Source: Candidatus Peregrinibacteria bacterium (GTDB lineage: Bacteria; Patescibacteriota; Gracilibacteria; UBA1369; UM-FILTER-53-11). From it: DNA of 32,562 nucleotides. Shown here one piece after another: positions 32,173 through 32,562 of this stretch. Positions within the stretch are counted from its first letter, which is position 1. Each line of letters opens with the position of its first letter. The stretch covers positions 1 to 32,562 of the forward strand of contig JAHFJU010000006.1 of the NCBI GenBank assembly GCA_023245725.1, written 5' to 3'. The translations under genes and the position numbers were made by a program. The notes beneath the pieces are model-generated. The model was not told the DNA's origin. It was given only the letters and a program-made list of their open reading frames with translations, and searched no databases.

Positions 32173-32562
32173 TCAAAGCCGTTCCTGCAAGTACCATCAA
32201 CGTATAACTTGCCGCCAATTCTTCGAACGAGTGAGTGAATAACCCAGCGACACATACTCCTATCAACCCCAAAAAGACACCATGTGAAAGTGGCGTTTTT
32301 GCTTTATATAAGGCTTGCAATAGTGACCCCGTAAATATTATAAATAGCATTCCACCAAGGTATCCCATCTCGACAAAAATCTGCAAAAACCAGTTTTCTG
32401 TGAGAAAAGGAGTAAACCGATCAGCCGCTGGCCCAACGGTTCCAACACCAAGCCCAAGTGGATTGTTTTGCAAGGCTGTAAGCCCATTTTGAATGTATTG
32501 GGCGTGAAGAGAAGTCGATCCGGTTCTGGTTAAAATGCTTTTTACGGGATTCTGATGCTGTG
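32132..32562 (-). CDS. O-antigen ligase / Wzy-like membrane protein, C-terminal part (5' end off the right edge)
   Basis: ...ALQNNPLGLGVGTVGPAADRF...ENWFLQIFVEMGYLGGMLF... resembles the Wzy_C loop and helix (P-x-x-G-x-G-x-G ... (H/E)-N-x-(F/Y)-L-x-x-x-x-E-x-G). The frame stays open from the track start (a TTG at 32473) to the window edge. Confidence 0.55.
   Translation of the reverse strand, partial: QHQNPVKSILTRTGSTSLHAQYIQNGLTALQNNPLGLGVGTVGPAADRFTPFLTENWFLQIFVEMGYLGGMLFIIFTGSLLQALYKAKTPLSHGVFLGLIGVCVAGLFTHSFEELAASYTLMVLAGTALTTNLKENKTIEKQ

Noticed and set aside
1-32562. tRNA, rRNA, tmRNA, CRISPR arrays and IS or transposase genes.
   Set aside because: I found no GTTCGAATC-type T-loop in a cloverleaf context in any intergenic region, no regularly spaced direct repeats, no long non-coding conserved-looking segment of rRNA size, and no DDE, serine or tyrosine recombinase motifs in any ORF.

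Overview
This is a bacterial window read in the standard genetic code: TGA ends the pilin and aroE genes at normal lengths, and a 12.8-kb ORF is open. About 39% of it is one gene (3873..16715) for a 4,280-aa secreted mosaic surface protein. By motif reading it contains Ig-like, FG-GAP/VCBS-like, DUF11-like and PKD-like modules, a Gly/Pro/aromatic hydrophobic core, a PDLP polyproline tract and three C-terminal SLH domains. A type IV pilin-like gene with its own promoter and terminator lies just upstream. Four tightly packed genes (16739..20968) follow it. They encode Cys-rich secreted or anchored proteins that all end in Cys-X-stop, and three of them share an N-terminal IKIKT-type leader. I consider this pilin, giant protein and four-gene cluster the most likely uncharacterised cell-surface system in the window.

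The left 2.9 kb has a very different composition (roughly 55-75% GC against roughly 30-45% elsewhere). It carries a lipoprotein gene and an edge-truncated gene that is absent from the ORF track, encoding an M23/LytM-like, proline-rich, MopE-like Cys-repeat protein.

The right half is mostly housekeeping:
- an MscS channel, a membrane protein and an SPFH/band-7 protein
- aroE, lspA, ftsW, an unusually long murG and an edge-truncated Wzy/O-antigen-ligase-like gene
- an orphan 360-aa protein, a lipoprotein and a RelE/ParE-AbrB toxin-antitoxin pair with a palindromic operator
- a small excisionase-type HTH gene plus a zinc-ribbon gene
- a 540-bp structured non-coding region

A TATACT / TGATATACT -10 element recurs, often 6-11 nt from the start codon, which suggests leaderless mRNAs. 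Only the giant gene has a canonical AAGGAGG. I found no rRNA, tRNA, CRISPR array or transposase. The lineage cannot be established from sequence alone. The SLH envelope, pilin, giant surface protein and SD-poor, leaderless style would fit an uncultivated or CPR-like organism, but that is inference.
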